Below are positions 38,057 to 47,834 of a stretch of 64,000 nt of DNA, piece by piece. Source of the DNA: Oscillospiraceae bacterium (GTDB lineage Bacteria; Bacillota; Clostridia; Oscillospirales; Acutalibacteraceae); contig SVPX01000002.1 of assembly GCA_015065665.1 (NCBI GenBank), positions 848 to 64,847 on the forward strand, given 5' to 3'. The notes under the pieces were generated by a model, which ran no database searches, had not been told where the DNA came from, and saw nothing but the letters and a program-made list of their open reading frames with translations. How positions within the stretch are numbered: the first letter of the stretch is position 1; each line of letters starts with the position of its first letter. A program made the translations under genes and the position numbers.

Positions 38057-38923
38057 TTATTCTGTAGTAAGTTCAACAAGGATAACCTCAGGCGGATTGA
38101 AAAGTCGCAAGGGGAACAGGGAGTTGCCTACACCGCGGCTGACAACAAGATTTGTGTTATCCTCAGTATAAAGTCCGCTGTCGTATTCAGGCAGCAGACC
38201 TTGATGGGGAGCGTAGAGACCGCCGATAAAGGGGAGCCTGAACTGTCCCCCATGGGCGTGCCCCGAGAGTACAAGGTCTATGTTGTTGTCCTTGTAAACC
38301 TTAAACATCTCAGGACGATGAGAAAGTAGAAGGGTGAAGGACTTCTCTGTCTGAGATGTAAGCTCTTTCAGTGCAGAATTAATTATTACTGATTGGTCTA
38401 TGTTGTAACTCATAATTGTAAAGTCAGGATCATCAACACCCATAATGCAGATGTTGTCTTCTCCTTTGATATGGGTGGCAGTTTCGTTACGCAGTACGAT
38501 AACTCCTGCTTCCTCAAAACCGGCAAGAAGTATCTCGAAATCTGCAGGGACTCTTGCCTCGTGATTGCCTGCTACATAATAACAAGGGGCAATCTCAACT
38601 GCTTTCTTTACAAAATCAAGGGCAACCTGTGTGTCTGTTCTGTGGCAATCCACAATGTCGCCTGTAATGGCAATGATGTCGGGCTGTGAGTCGGAAATCA
38701 TATTGATGAGCCTTTCGTTATCCTTGCCGAAAGTAGCGTTGTGCAGGTCGGAGATGTGAGCAATCCGGAAGCCCTCAAATCCTTCGGGAAGTTTTTCACT
38801 TTTAACTGTGATTGTGTTCAGTTTCAGGTTTTTGTTGCAGATAAGTCCGCTTATGAGTAAGGTGATAAAAATTACAATCAGTACGCAACAGATTATAATA
38901 AGGATTTTCTTTGACTTTTTCAT
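38057..38923 (-). CDS. Membrane-anchored metallophosphoesterase (YkuE-like)
   Basis: ISDLH, TGDIVD, GNHE, LSHRP, SGHAHGGQ, SRGVG. Confidence 0.92.
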   Translation of the reverse strand: MKKSKKILIIICCVLIVIFITLLISGLICNKNLKLNTITVKSEKLPEGFEGFRIAHISDLHNATFGKDNERLINMISDSQPDIIAITGDIVDCHRTDTQVALDFVKKAVEIAPCYYVAGNHEARVPADFEILLAGFEEAGVIVLRNETATHIKGEDNICIMGVDDPDFTIMSYNIDQSVIINSALKELTSQTEKSFTLLLSHRPEMFKVYKDNNIDLVLSGHAHGGQFRLPFIGGLYAPHQGLLPEYDSGLYTEDNTNLVVSRGVGNSLFPLRLFNPPEVILVELTTE

Positions 38924-38936
38924 ATTGTTCTCCTTT

Positions 38937-39617
38937 TTACAGACAAGCCTTAAGTTTGTCTGTGTTTTCAATTTTGAATGAGCTTTTGTAGTAACTGATG
39001 ATTTCCTCCTGTTGCATTCGGCTCAACTCCCGGCTGAGAGCTGAGCGGTTTACTCCCAGCAAGGCGGCAAGGTCTTCTCTTGAATACTCCACAATAAAAG
39101 TCTGTGAGCCGTACTTTTTCTGCATATCAAGGATGAACATTGCAATTTTCTGCCGCATCTGATTGCAGGAGAGATAAGCAATCTTTCTGTTAAGCGTCCA
39201 GAATTTATCTGCAAGTCCGTGGAGGATGTTAATGAGCATTCTTCTGCACAAGGGATTGCAGGATTTCTCCATAAGTACGGTTATATCAAGAAGTACAACC
39301 TTGGAATCTTCTTTCACAAGGGTGCTGACAGGGTTTGGCTGATTCTCTGAGTACATCAGCACATCACCGAAAAGGTCTCCTTCCTTGAGAGTCTGAATAA
39401 CCCTTCGCACTCCTGAGTAAGAGACGCTTTCTGCAATTATTTTACCCTCCAGCAGAATTCCTGAGCGTGAAGTAAGGTCGCCCTGATTGAATACAGTGCT
39501 TCCCTTTGCAAAGTGAACAGGAGAAAGATTGAGAAAAGAAATAATGTCATCCAGTTCCTCCTGGGTAAAACCTGAAAAAGGTTTGCTTTTTTTCAGTATA
39601 TGGTAGTAATTTTTCAT
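38937..39617 (-). CDS. Crp/Fnr family transcriptional regulator
   Basis: GDLFGD cNMP-like domain; HTH SREDLAALLGVNRSALSRELSRM. Confidence 0.92.
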   Translation of the reverse strand: MKNYYHILKKSKPFSGFTQEELDDIISFLNLSPVHFAKGSTVFNQGDLTSRSGILLEGKIIAESVSYSGVRRVIQTLKEGDLFGDVLMYSENQPNPVSTLVKEDSKVVLLDITVLMEKSCNPLCRRMLINILHGLADKFWTLNRKIAYLSCNQMRQKIAMFILDMQKKYGSQTFIVEYSREDLAALLGVNRSALSRELSRMQQEEIISYYKSSFKIENTDKLKACL

Positions 39618-39641
39618 TCTGAATTCCTCACAAGGTAAAGT

Positions 39642-39661
39642 TGCGTTGCTACAGCAACGCA
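39642..39661. promoter_or_regulatory. Probable Crp/Fnr-family operator
   Basis: TGCGTTGCT-AC-AGCAACGCA inverted repeat between the regulator and the divergent ABC operon. Confidence 0.7.
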
Positions 39662-39717
39662 GATTATACCTATATTGTATTATAATATAAATGAAAAATC
39701 AATAGGAGGTTCTGTAT

Positions 39718-40758
39718 ATGAAAAGAACAGTTTCAATTTTATCAATTCTTATGGCACTTGTACTGATGCTTTCAATGGCAGCTTGTGCAGGTGACACAAC
39801 CACAACAACACCTGACACAACTCCCACAGAGACTCAGGTGAAGAACACTCTGGCGGATAATGAGGTTATGAACATCTACACTCTGAAAGGCCCCACAGGT
39901 ATGGGTATGGCTCAGATGATTGCAGATGAAGCAGACGAAGAGGACAAAGACCGTAATTTTGTAATTGCTGCTGCTCCCGAGGATGTTTCAGCCGCTATCA
40001 TCAACGGTGACGCTGACATTGCAGCTTGTCCCGTTAACCTTGCATCTGTACTCTACAACAAAACTGGTGGCAGAGTTGAACTTCTGGCACTTAACACTCT
40101 GGGCGTTACCTACATTCTTACAAACGGCACAGAGGTTAACACAATTGAGGACCTGAGAGGCAAAACTATTATCTCTGCAGGTCAGGGTGCAACTCCCGAG
40201 TATATCCTTACAAAGCTTCTCACAGACAGCGGTCTTGAGATTGGCAAGGATGTGTTTGTAGAATTCAAATCCGAGCATAGCGATGTTGCTTCTCTTCTCG
40301 CTGCAGGTGAGGCTCAGGTAGCACTCCTGCCCGAACCCAATGTTACTGCTACTTCTCTGCAGAATGCAGATGTAAAGGTTGCTCTTGACCTTACAAAGGA
40401 GTGGGAAGCAAAGTACGGCACAAAACTTGTACAGGGTTGTATCATCGGCAGAAAAGACTTTGTTGATGCATACGCAGGTGAGGTTGATGAATTCCTTGAG
40501 GAGTACAAAGAGTCCGTTGATTTTATCAATACTGCATCTGACGAGGCTGCACAGATGATTGTTGACGCCGGTATTATTCCCAAGGCACCCCTTGCAAAGA
40601 AGGCTATCCCCAACAGCTATATCACCTTTATTACAGGTGAAGAAATGAAGACTCTCGCAGTAGAAAACCTGCAGGTACTTTTTGCTGCAAATTCTGCATC
40701 TATAGGAGGTAATCTCCCCAATGCTGACTTCTACTACAACTACACCTACGTTGACTGA
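39718..40758 (+). CDS. ABC transporter substrate-binding lipoprotein, NitT/TauT (SsuA-like) family
   Basis: Lipobox MAA-C; LKGPTGMG, DLRGKTI, GQGATPEY, ALLPEP. Confidence 0.88.
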   Translation: MKRTVSILSILMALVLMLSMAACAGDTTTTTPDTTPTETQVKNTLADNEVMNIYTLKGPTGMGMAQMIADEADEEDKDRNFVIAAAPEDVSAAIINGDADIAACPVNLASVLYNKTGGRVELLALNTLGVTYILTNGTEVNTIEDLRGKTIISAGQGATPEYILTKLLTDSGLEIGKDVFVEFKSEHSDVASLLAAGEAQVALLPEPNVTATSLQNADVKVALDLTKEWEAKYGTKLVQGCIIGRKDFVDAYAGEVDEFLEEYKESVDFINTASDEAAQMIVDAGIIPKAPLAKKAIPNSYITFITGEEMKTLAVENLQVLFAANSASIGGNLPNADFYYNYTYVD

Positions 40759-42136
40759 TAAGAAGCCTGAGAAAAAAAGAAAATCTCCCAGGGAGATATT
40801 AAAAAGAATACTCATATCCTTTGGCGTTTTAGCCTTCTGGATAGGAGTATGGCAGATAGTTTATATGACCGTGGGGATGGATGTTATTATTCCATCCCCT
40901 TTGGGCACTGCAAAGAGAATAGGAGAACTCCTTGTAACAGGAGATTTCTGGGTTATCACTGCATCCTCTGTGGTGAGGATTCTCACAGGCTACCTGTGCG
41001 GTATTATCCTCGGACTTCTCCTTGCAGGAATAACATATGCATCCCCTTTTATATATAATCTGTTGAAGCCTGTGATTAACATTGCAAAGGCTACACCTGT
41101 TGCATCCATGACAATCATTATTATTGTGTGGGTTACAAACAAGGCTGTGCCTCTGTTTATCGTAGGACTTATGGTATTTCCCATAATATGGGGCAATACC
41201 TATGAGGGCATAAGAAACACAGACAAGAAACTTCTGCAGATGTCTGATAGTTTCTCCGTTGGCTTTTTTCATAAACTCAGGTTTGTGTACATCCCTTCGG
41301 TGTATCCTTACTTTATAGCAGGTGCTTCGACTGCTCTTGGACTTGCCTGGAAGTCAGGTGTTGCCGCAGAAATTCTTGGTTCAACCCAGGGCTCTGTAGG
41401 TCAGCAACTGAATACAGCAAAGGTAACCCTTGATTCCGAGGGGAAGTTTGCCTGGACAGTTGTGGTTATACTTCTGAGCATTCTGTTTGAACGGGCTTTT
41501 GTAAAACTTCTGTCAGGTTCCACACTGAAAATCCGTCTGAATGCAAAAGCCACACAGCAGAAAAAACCTACCGAAGATGCATATGTTTCTGCTGAGAATA
41601 TCAGCAAGGCATATGAGGATAAACAGGTTCTTGATAATGTGAGCATAAGTGTAAACAGGGGAGAGGTTGTTGCTGTCCGCGGTGCTTCCGGTGCAGGAAA
41701 AACCACCCTGCTTATGATATTGTCGGGACTGATACAGGCAGACAGGGGCAAGGTTCACTCAAAAGGCGGTGTGAGTTTTCTGTTTCAGGAGGACAGGCTT
41801 CTTCCTTGGCTCACAGTAAAGGAGAATATCCTTTTTGTAAACGGCAAAGCAGATACAGATGAACTTCTCCGTGTTGTTTCTCTTGAGGGATGCGGGGATA
41901 TGTATCCCGATGAGCTGTCCGGCGGTATGAAGCGCCGTCTTGCGATTGCAAGAACATTGGCAGGACAGGGCGAAACCGTCATTCTTGACGAGCCTTTTAC
42001 AGGACTTGATGAGCAGTTGCGTCTGCAGGTTGCACAGAGAGTTTTTGACAGACTTAAACAAAGACCTGTACTCCTTGTAACTCACGATAGTATGGAAGCA
42101 CAGCGTTTTTCTAATAAAGATATATTTATTAACTGA
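40751..42136 (+). CDS. Fused ABC permease + ATPase, NitT/TauT family
   Basis: N-half TM domain (IIPSP, ATPVAS, AWKSGVAAE); C-half GASGAGKTT, FQEDRLLPW, LSGGMKRR, ILDEPF; probable TTG start overlapping the SBP stop. Confidence 0.85.
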   Translation: MTDKKPEKKRKSPREILKRILISFGVLAFWIGVWQIVYMTVGMDVIIPSPLGTAKRIGELLVTGDFWVITASSVVRILTGYLCGIILGLLLAGITYASPFIYNLLKPVINIAKATPVASMTIIIIVWVTNKAVPLFIVGLMVFPIIWGNTYEGIRNTDKKLLQMSDSFSVGFFHKLRFVYIPSVYPYFIAGASTALGLAWKSGVAAEILGSTQGSVGQQLNTAKVTLDSEGKFAWTVVVILLSILFERAFVKLLSGSTLKIRLNAKATQQKKPTEDAYVSAENISKAYEDKQVLDNVSISVNRGEVVAVRGASGAGKTTLLMILSGLIQADRGKVHSKGGVSFLFQEDRLLPWLTVKENILFVNGKADTDELLRVVSLEGCGDMYPDELSGGMKRRLAIARTLAGQGETVILDEPFTGLDEQLRLQVAQRVFDRLKQRPVLLVTHDSMEAQRFSNKDIFIN

Positions 42137-42141
42137 ACATA

Positions 42142-42177
42142 AAAACACCTGCAAGGTTTTTGCTTTGCAGGTGTTTT
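42142..42177. terminator. Bidirectional terminator
   Basis: AAAACACCTGCAA/TTGCAGGTGTTTT inverted repeat. Confidence 0.85.
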
Positions 42178-42190
42178 GCGTTTGTGCATA

Positions 42191-44329
42191 TTACATTTTA
42201 ATAATTTCTGATGAGAAGGCAGGGAGTGTTACCTCAAAATGTCTGCCCTTGAAGTCCGCATAGATTGTCTTTGTTTCAGGGGCGATGTTCAGGAATACCA
42301 CAGCGGTTTCCTTGTCGCTTACCCTTGCAAAGGCATACTGCTCGTTCTGAATCTGTACCTGCTCGTAGGCGCCGTGCATCAGCGCGTGGGAATTCTGACG
42401 GATTTCGGCAAGGTATTTCAGATGTTCAAGGAGTTCCCTGTCAGTAATCTGAGGATTATCCACATCAATGTAGGGACGCAGAGGACTATCGTTATGGTGC
42501 GCTTTCTGACCTTCGATTGCCCATTCGCTGCCGTAGTATATGCTGGGTGCACCTGGCATTGTATACATAAGTGTGTACAGATTCTTAAGATGACGTCTGT
42601 CATTTATCATATTCACAATGCGGTTTACATCGTGATTGTCAAGGAAGTTGTAAAGTGTAAGCTCCTTGTAAAGTCCCCAGGGACCAAACTGCCTTGCAAT
42701 GCCGTGGGCAATCTCAAACATATTCTTTGAGTTTACAGAGGAATACAGACCTTTGTAGCACTCGTAGTTGGTAACAGAATCCAGCATATGGGGATTTGCC
42801 CATACACGGTAGTCGCTGGAGTTTGTAATCTCGCCCATAAGCCAGAAGTCAGGATTTTTTGCCTTTGTACGGCGCTTAAGTGCTCTGAAGAAATCGTGGT
42901 CGATGCAATCAGCAGCATCAAGTCGCAGACCTTCAATTCCGAATTCATCAATCCACATATCAACTGAGGACAGCAGATATTCTACAACATCGGGATTTTT
43001 CAGATTAAGTTTTACAAGCAGGTCGTGACCTGCCCAGTTGTCGTAACGGAGGTTATCGTTATAACTGTTGTTGCCATCAAATCTAAGGCCGGAAATCCAA
43101 CCGCAGTAGGGCGATGCCTGACGGTTTTTCAGCACATCCTGCACAGCAAAGAAACCTCTGCCCACATGGTTGAACACACCGTCAAGAATCAGGTGGATGC
43201 CTGCTTCTCTCAGAGCCTTACATACTGTGATGAAATCCTCGTTTGTGCCGAGTCTTGTGTCAATAAGACGGAAGTCGTGAGTGTCGTAGCCGTGACATCC
43301 GGACTCAAAGATGGGGCCAAGATACAGAGCGTTGACACCGATGGACTTCATATGGGGAATCCATTTTCTTACAGCATCAATTCTGTTTGCTACAGGTTCA
43401 CCTGTGTTGACTTTTGGAGCACCGCAGAAGCCGATAGGATAAATCTGATAAAAAATACATTCCTCAGGGACAAAGGCGCCCATCTGAATTTGCTTTAAAT
43501 CGACTTTTTCTAAGGATGCAGGAGTTTCACAGGATGGTGCTTCACAGGAAACAGGAGCAGTTGCCTCTTTGTCTGCAACATATTTTGCAAGTTCAAGGGC
43601 GATATCAAAGTGTCCCGAATCGTGCTGGGTGTGTTTAATCTGCTTCTCCTTCATTCTTGTATCCCACTTGGGTGCATCAAGTAAATCACCGCTTGTAAAG
43701 AAGAAGTAAGCATCAAGCCCTCTGAAATCACACATAGCCTGAACAGCGGCACACTCCATCTCAACGGATATGCAGCCCTCTGCCTTGCGCTTTTCAAAGT
43801 TTCCTCTGGTTTCTCTGTGTACGGCGTCAGTTGTCCAGGTTTTGCCCTTAATGTAGGGAATACCTGCTGACTCCATAAACTCAGCAACAACATCTGCATT
43901 TTTGATATTGATATAATCAGATGCAGGGGCATAGTGATAGGAGGTGCCTTCGTCACGATATGCAGAAACAGGCACCATAACCTTGCCTCTTGCAATTTCT
44001 TTGTTAAGACAGCCTGAGCCACCAAAAACAATATACTTGTTGGTGTTTATTACAGAAAAACTGTCCTCAATATCTGCAACGCAGGCAGGACCGCCTATTG
44101 GGGACATATATATTGCAAAGGTTTTGCCTTCGTAATCAAAATTATAAACGGGATTTGTGCCGTTTGCCGAGAACAAATCTCCGATTTTCTCGCACTTGAA
44201 ATTCTCAAGTACATATTTGAGAATAATGTGAGAAAAAGTGAGAATACAGGCGTCAACCACGGGAGCATCCGCGTTACGGTTGACTTTTATTATTTCTTCT
44301 GAATATCTGTCAAATGAATCAGTTATCAT
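42191..44329 (-). CDS. Nucleoside phosphorylase (PNP/UDP family) fused to a GH13 alpha-amylase / cyclomaltodextrinase-like domain
   Basis: N-half FGGSG, RDEGTSYHY, WTTDAVHRET, VEMECAA; C-half HGYDTHD, LDGVFNHVG, GLRLDAA, MGEI, FLDNHD, PSIYYGSE. Confidence 0.85.
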   Translation of the reverse strand: MITDSFDRYSEEIIKVNRNADAPVVDACILTFSHIILKYVLENFKCEKIGDLFSANGTNPVYNFDYEGKTFAIYMSPIGGPACVADIEDSFSVINTNKYIVFGGSGCLNKEIARGKVMVPVSAYRDEGTSYHYAPASDYINIKNADVVAEFMESAGIPYIKGKTWTTDAVHRETRGNFEKRKAEGCISVEMECAAVQAMCDFRGLDAYFFFTSGDLLDAPKWDTRMKEKQIKHTQHDSGHFDIALELAKYVADKEATAPVSCEAPSCETPASLEKVDLKQIQMGAFVPEECIFYQIYPIGFCGAPKVNTGEPVANRIDAVRKWIPHMKSIGVNALYLGPIFESGCHGYDTHDFRLIDTRLGTNEDFITVCKALREAGIHLILDGVFNHVGRGFFAVQDVLKNRQASPYCGWISGLRFDGNNSYNDNLRYDNWAGHDLLVKLNLKNPDVVEYLLSSVDMWIDEFGIEGLRLDAADCIDHDFFRALKRRTKAKNPDFWLMGEITNSSDYRVWANPHMLDSVTNYECYKGLYSSVNSKNMFEIAHGIARQFGPWGLYKELTLYNFLDNHDVNRIVNMINDRRHLKNLYTLMYTMPGAPSIYYGSEWAIEGQKAHHNDSPLRPYIDVDNPQITDRELLEHLKYLAEIRQNSHALMHGAYEQVQIQNEQYAFARVSDKETAVVFLNIAPETKTIYADFKGRHFEVTLPAFSSEIIKM

Positions 44330-44489
44330 ATTGTTTGACTCCAATCGGGTTAAGATAAATACATATGAATAATATAGCATAAAAATGCAGGGGTTTCAAT
44401 AATTTATCAAGCATATATATAGAATTTATACTGTATGTAAACATAAAAAATCCCCTGCAGAGCAAATCCGCAGGGGAGAGTACCTGTAA

Positions 44490-45197
44490 TTATCTTTCAT
44501 ATTTAAGATGCATCTTTCCGTCAATATAGGATATGTGGATATAACTGGTACTGACGGAACCATCTTCAAAGTAAATCTGAATTTCTACAATGTCTTCTTT
44601 GTCTTCTGAAATATATTCGTTATTGCTGATAGGTTTGCCGTTTTCATCCACAGGAACATACCATACGGATGAAGTTTTCTCATTTTCTGTCAAGTTGTCA
44701 TCGCTGCAGATAAGTACAATTCTGGTGTCTGTGTTGTAGAAAGGTTTTATATTTCCATCGGAGTCCAGGTAAAGAAAATGTCCTTTGTCGTATGGAACAA
44801 GAAATTCCCCTTCTCTGTTCAGAGATTTAACCTTTAAATCTGAGATTGTTTTTCCCTCAACAACAATTATACCGGCAGTCAACATATTGCTTTGGTCAAT
44901 TATGTCCACTTGTTCCAGATCATAGGTCGCCTTGTAGAATGTTTTAACACTGAGATTTGTGTATTCATCTGTGCCTTGTGCGGCAACATTGATGGCAAAA
45001 TCGTTTTTTGGCTCTATGCAGGTGTAGATTAGAAGTCCTGCACAGATGAGGATTGCAAGAACGGCGGCAATAGCAGAAGAGTAACTCAGAAAAATCCGCT
45101 TTTTTGAAGTTCCTCTGAACTCAAAGGATTCCTGCTCTCTGCCGTAATAATTCTGAAGCATAGAATCCAGCTTATCCTGTGGGTTGTTATTCATCAA
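44490..45197 (-). CDS. Putative anti-sigma factor (single TM, extracellular domain)
   Basis: Overlaps the upstream ECF stop; short N-terminus, TM AIAAVLAILICAGLLIY. Confidence 0.6.
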   Translation of the reverse strand: MMNNNPQDKLDSMLQNYYGREQESFEFRGTSKKRIFLSYSSAIAAVLAILICAGLLIYTCIEPKNDFAINVAAQGTDEYTNLSVKTFYKATYDLEQVDIIDQSNMLTAGIIVVEGKTISDLKVKSLNREGEFLVPYDKGHFLYLDSDGNIKPFYNTDTRIVLICSDDNLTENEKTSSVWYVPVDENGKPISNNEYISEDKEDIVEIQIYFEDGSVSTSYIHISYIDGKMHLKYER

Positions 45198-45681
45198 AAA
45201 GCTCCTTTCTTAAGTGTTCTTTTGCGCTGTTTAGACGGGATTTTACTGTTCCCTCGGGAATACCCAGTATCACAGACATCTCTGCGTAGGTGAAATCTCT
45301 GAAATAATACAGGGCAATAACCTCTCTGCGCTTCGGTTCCAGTTTGTTTATTGCTATGTGCAGAGCAATGTAGTCCTCTATGTTTCCTTTAGCATCGGGA
45401 ATGGAGTTGATTGTTTCTGCCATTTCTTCATTTGTGCTGAAGTTCATCCTGTATCTGCGGAATGGGTTGCGGAGCATATCTCTGTAAGCATTTACGCACA
45501 CCGACCACAGCCATTTGTCAAAGGGGCGGCTTTGGTCATATTTGCTGTATCCTTTTATTACCTTCTCCCAGGTTGTCTGAAAAAGGTCCTCTGCATCCTG
45601 TCTGCAGACGCAAAGAGAGGTGCATAGTCTGCTAAGCTCAGAAGAGTGCTTTTCGATAAGGTCCTGTATTTCATTGTTCAC
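45187..45681 (-). CDS. ECF RNA polymerase sigma factor
   Basis: DAEDLFQTTWEK, FDKWLWSVCVN, GIPEGTVKSRLNSAK; GTG start after AGGAGGAG. Confidence 0.93.
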   Translation of the reverse strand: MNNEIQDLIEKHSSELSRLCTSLCVCRQDAEDLFQTTWEKVIKGYSKYDQSRPFDKWLWSVCVNAYRDMLRNPFRRYRMNFSTNEEMAETINSIPDAKGNIEDYIALHIAINKLEPKRREVIALYYFRDFTYAEMSVILGIPEGTVKSRLNSAKEHLRKELFDE

Positions 45682-45710
45682 AGCATCTCCTCCTTGCTGA
45701 AAAAGGGTGA

Positions 45711-46382
45711 TTAATACTTAAGTAGTTTAAGCGATCCTGCAATGTACTTCTGGATATCTGTTGCATCCTTGATTGTTATATCTTCATCGCAGTCAAAGTC
45801 CGCGTATTGCATAAATATAAAATTTCCTGTTGGCAGGCCTGCCAGATATTTCTGAATTGCAGTTGCATCCTTGATGTTCACTTCCCCTGAAAAGTCCAGA
45901 TCTCCCCAGAACCAAGGGAGTGCGGGGCCGTACTCAGAGCGGTCCTGATTCTCCCAGAAAGCAAGGTAATAATCGCATTGATCGGGGGACGGATATGCTA
46001 TTTCTGTACAGAAGAGTGTGTCTCCAAGGCAATCCGTGCTGAACAGAACCTGTTCTTGATTGTATCTGTTTGTATCTGTGGAGAATATAACAAAATACAG
46101 TTTGTCGTCCTGGATACCGCCCGCCTTGCGGATGTCGTAGGAGTATCTGCCGTCTGGCAGAGGGGAGCAGATTTCTTTTTTTGACTGCCAGTATGCAAGG
46201 GAGGATCCTTGTTGTTCTAAGATATGACAGTATACAGTATCATAATCTTTCCAGCTGTCGGCAGGTCTGAAGTAGATAATCTGACTCTCAGCTTCTTCGG
46301 TGTCTTTGGCAGAAATTCCCACGATGCCCATAGATGCCATTAATATAAGGGAGAGAGCAAAACATAAAAATCTTTTAGTCAT
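45711..46382 (-). CDS. Secreted protein with CBM26-like N-domain and C-terminal dockerin
   Basis: Signal peptide; IYF..W..Y..VYCHI; GDLDFSGEVNIKDATAIQKYLA / DFDCDEDITIKDATDIQKYIA. Confidence 0.82.
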   Translation of the reverse strand: MTKRFLCFALSLILMASMGIVGISAKDTEEAESQIIYFRPADSWKDYDTVYCHILEQQGSSLAYWQSKKEICSPLPDGRYSYDIRKAGGIQDDKLYFVIFSTDTNRYNQEQVLFSTDCLGDTLFCTEIAYPSPDQCDYYLAFWENQDRSEYGPALPWFWGDLDFSGEVNIKDATAIQKYLAGLPTGNFIFMQYADFDCDEDITIKDATDIQKYIAGSLKLLKY

Positions 46383-46454
46383 AACGATTCCTCCTCAGCA
46401 AATTTTAGGAAGCGGAAGGGACAAAGTTTGCAACGCCTTCTCAGACTTCTGTTT

Positions 46455-46484
46455 TATATACGTTTCAAGGAGTGGTTTTGTTCA
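46455..46484 (-). promoter_or_regulatory. ECF sigma promoter
   Basis: Minus strand TGAACA-N16-CGTATATA; one of three copies. Confidence 0.8.
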
Positions 46485-46541
46485 AATCTTTTTTAAGAGA
46501 ATTATACAAAAAATAAAACTCTCTGACAAGAGTCGGAGAGT

Positions 46542-46757
46542 TTAAGCATCTTCTTTGTACTCGGCAATATCCTCAAGTCTGCAATCAAGGACCGAGCATA
46601 ACTTTGAAAGTGTCTTTGTCTCGATATTTTCGTTTGCTTTGAGACGGCGGATGGTTTTGCTGTCGATACCGCACTTTTCTCTGAGAGTATAGGTTGTGAC
46701 ACCTTTTTTCTCCATAGTAATCCACAATTTGTCAAATGTAATAATGGCAAACTCCAC
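46542..46757 (-). CDS. Small Cro/C1-type HTH regulator
   Basis: FDKLWITMEKKGVTTYTLREKCGI..LCSVLDCRLEDIAEY. Confidence 0.85.
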   Translation of the reverse strand: MEFAIITFDKLWITMEKKGVTTYTLREKCGIDSKTIRRLKANENIETKTLSKLCSVLDCRLEDIAEYKEDA

Positions 46758-46843
46758 CTTTCAGTAAAACCTGACATTATTAATTATGGGGGTTATAATC
46801 TTGTTTATTAAGGGGATATAATCCCCATATCGTGTAAATTACA

Positions 46844-46879
46844 GCAGAACCCGACAGTATGGATTCTGTCGGGTTCTGC
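46844..46879. terminator. Terminator-like hairpin downstream of the 46894-47760 gene
   Basis: GCAGAACCCGACAG/CTGTCGGGTTCTGC inverted repeat. Confidence 0.75.
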
Positions 46880-46893
46880 GGATAATTTTATAT

Positions 46894-47760
46894 TTATGTG
46901 AACAGACGCTTTCTTGTGATACCTATTATTGCAACAACCGATGTCAGCATGGCAATCACAGAGAATATTACAACATTTATACTCTGTCCTGTGGATACGG
47001 AACCGGGATTTGAGGGCTTGATGGCTGTGTCCTTTTCGGGTGCTTTTGATTCGGCCTTTGTCCAGTTGACCTGAATGCCTGAGTCTTTGATGAGCTTTTC
47101 TACGCTGTCCTGAGAAAGACCGAGTCCCTGAGCCATATCGTCAATAATTTTCTGGTCTGTTTTGCCTGAGTATGTTCTTGCGTTTTCCAGCTTGTCTGCA
47201 AGAAAAGCAGAGAACAGCTGAGATGCGGTGGTGTCAGGGGGCAGACAGGTGCCGATAAGGTTGCCGATAGAGGTTATCTGCATAAGAGGGCCATATGCAG
47301 AAGGACTCTGGTTTCTGAAGAATGCTGCACGGCAGGTCTTGTTGCTGTCCAGGGGATGCTCATATACTGTGCTGTTACAGTACAAGGTGTCGCCCAGACA
47401 AGCTGTTGTCATAATGGCATCGTAGGTCTGCATCAAAGTGTCAACGCTGAAGAGCATTCCGTAGTACTTGCCTTCTTCAAGACCGCCTACCTTGGAGACA
47501 TCGTAAGAGTATCTGCCGTCAGGCAGGAGAGTACATTTTTCCTTTTTAGACTGGAAAGGAGCAAGGGGAGTGGGTGAGCCGTACTCCCATATATGACAGT
47601 ATACGGTTTTGTAGTTTTTCCAGTCTTCGGGAACTTCAAAGTAAAGTTCGCCGCTGACACCTGTTTCTGCTAAGGTAACATCGGCAGCGTCTGCAAAGAA
47701 CAGGCTTGTTAAGGTGAGACTCAGCATAGCCAGTATCAGACAAAAAATCCTTTTAATCAT
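46894..47760 (-). CDS. Secreted CBM26-like protein with sortase-type C-terminal anchor
   Basis: Signal peptide from MIKRIF; LYFEVPEDWKNYKTVYCHIW; C-terminal SVSTG + hydrophobic helix + RKR. Confidence 0.75.
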   Translation of the reverse strand: MIKRIFCLILAMLSLTLTSLFFADAADVTLAETGVSGELYFEVPEDWKNYKTVYCHIWEYGSPTPLAPFQSKKEKCTLLPDGRYSYDVSKVGGLEEGKYYGMLFSVDTLMQTYDAIMTTACLGDTLYCNSTVYEHPLDSNKTCRAAFFRNQSPSAYGPLMQITSIGNLIGTCLPPDTTASQLFSAFLADKLENARTYSGKTDQKIIDDMAQGLGLSQDSVEKLIKDSGIQVNWTKAESKAPEKDTAIKPSNPGSVSTGQSINVVIFSVIAMLTSVVAIIGITRKRLFT

Positions 47761-47834
47761 TATAATTCCTCCAATAATACTATAGTAAGCAACAGAAATA
47801 TGTAACGGATTTAATATTTCGTACGCTTCTGTTA

